A DNA stretch of 24,160 nucleotides from Ignavibacteriales bacterium (lineage in GTDB: Bacteria > Bacteroidota > Ignavibacteria > Ignavibacteriales > Melioribacteraceae): the NCBI GenBank assembly GCA_027080245.1, contig JALWSN010000214.1, forward strand, positions 1 to 24,160. Reading direction: 5' to 3'. Within the stretch, counting starts at the first letter, position 1. Each line of letters opens with the position of its first letter. Of this stretch, positions 23,290-24,160 are shown one piece after another. The position numbers were made by a program, and so were the translations under genes. The notes beneath the pieces are model-generated. The model was not told the DNA's origin and did no database searches. It saw only the letters and a program-made list of their open reading frames with translations.

Positions 23290-24147
23290 ATGATTAGCGG
23301 GATTAAACGGGCTGCAATCTATGACCCGGCAACAGGAACGGTGGTGCAGTTTAACAAAGTTTCTCCTGAAGGAGAGTTCAAAATTTGTGAGCCGATTGAA
23401 GTTGAAAGCGGGAAAGGCGGGACGGTTTACGCCGGTGATGACAGCTCGGTAACATTGAAAACTTACGACGTTTCTAATTATTCTCAATTGGAAACTTGGA
23501 TGGACAATGAAACGCCGGTTCGAATGGTAATTGAAGGCGTAGAAGAACACATTCTTTGGTACGAAAGCGTTCCTCTCGTGGTTAAGAAAAATTACGAGGG
23601 AGGCGTTGGGAAACTCAATAGTCTTTCAATTACGCTTTCAAAGAAAGGTGGGACGCACAATATTTATGCCCTAAAGAATCTTTTGCTCGGCGCACTTGGC
23701 GCTGCGTGGCCCACTGATGACGATAATGACGGCAAGGTGGATAATGTAACTTATGCAACTGCCTCGGGGAGTGATCCCGATTATTCAATTTCCGCTTCGA
23801 AATATCAGAAAATTTCGAGTGACGGGACGGCAATAGTTACCGGAAAGATTGAGTTTGAGTTTCCTATTCAGGGAGCTACGCTTATTGCGGCGGTTGATTT
23901 GTATATCAATATGAATACATTCAATTCGCATACTCTTACCGTTAAGGATTTTTCCGGAAGTTCGCTTACGAGTGATACGGATACGAGTGATTCTAACACT
24001 CTCAGCGTTACAACTCCTGCAAATACCTACAAAATTTCTTACGAGTTTGTGAATTTGGAAATGAGTTCAACGGCTACGGACGAAACACAAATTGCAGTTC
24101 CTTATACCGGAACGGATGCGAACAATTACACGAATATTAATTACTAA
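23290..24147 (+). CDS. Tail-tube-like paralog 3 with C-terminal extension
   Basis: 285 aa; shares ISG.KRAA.YDP, TVVQFN, IEGVE.HILWYE, KKGG, LKNLL, NTFNSHTL, TTPANTYKI with paralog 2. Confidence 0.7.
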   Translation: MISGIKRAAIYDPATGTVVQFNKVSPEGEFKICEPIEVESGKGGTVYAGDDSSVTLKTYDVSNYSQLETWMDNETPVRMVIEGVEEHILWYESVPLVVKKNYEGGVGKLNSLSITLSKKGGTHNIYALKNLLLGALGAAWPTDDDNDGKVDNVTYATASGSDPDYSISASKYQKISSDGTAIVTGKIEFEFPIQGATLIAAVDLYINMNTFNSHTLTVKDFSGSSLTSDTDTSDSNTLSVTTPANTYKISYEFVNLEMSSTATDETQIAVPYTGTDANNYTNINY

Positions 24148-24160
24148 GGAGATTGAGGAA

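Larger units (their letters stand above)
1..24160 (+). mobile_element. Temperate phage/prophage segment (early, replication, packaging, head, lysis and start of tail modules)
   Basis: Co-oriented, tightly packed or overlapping ORFs including terminase, portal, capsid, endolysin and helicase; no host housekeeping genes; neither boundary is inside the window. Confidence 0.97.

Noticed and set aside
736-23833. Minus-strand ORFs and nested alternative-frame ORFs in the track (e.g. 3303-3824, 9276-9776, 21681-22130)
   Set aside because: All lie opposite or inside well-supported + strand genes, lack RBSs and show no recognisable motifs; treated as shadow ORFs
1-24160. Integrase, att sites, tRNA, transposase, reverse transcriptase/DGR, tape measure and tail-chaperone frameshift
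   Set aside because: No supporting motifs seen in this window; they may lie outside it

Overview
The whole window is a continuous, + strand segment of a temperate siphovirus-like phage or prophage. No integrase, att site or host gene is visible. Gene order: early regulators (XRE HTH, excisionase-like HTH, small ORFs); replication initiator with internal iterons; DnaB-like helicase; displaced gpZ-like tail completion gene; candidate lambda-like cos site; ParB-fused DNA methyltransferase; lambda-type terminase (Nu1/gpA-like); Mor-like HTH; an inserted accessory operon; gpW-like gene; lambda-family portal; fused prohead protease-major capsid; neck genes; RcGTA-type head-spike base, a 44-aa peptide and a LamG/CBM fibre; lysis cassette (GH108 endolysin, holins); three tandem paralogous tail-tube-like genes. 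The strongest novelty candidates are: (1) the accessory operon at 10481-12305, with a consensus sigma70 promoter overlapped by an inverted repeat, a very acidic 201-aa protein, a structured RNA and an XRE HTH gene, i.e. acr-aca-like anti-defence architecture; (2) a head-spike adaptor peptide whose RVTS-G motif recurs at the C-terminus of one tail paralog; (3) the triplicated tube-like domain. All family assignments come from motif recognition by eye; no database search was run.
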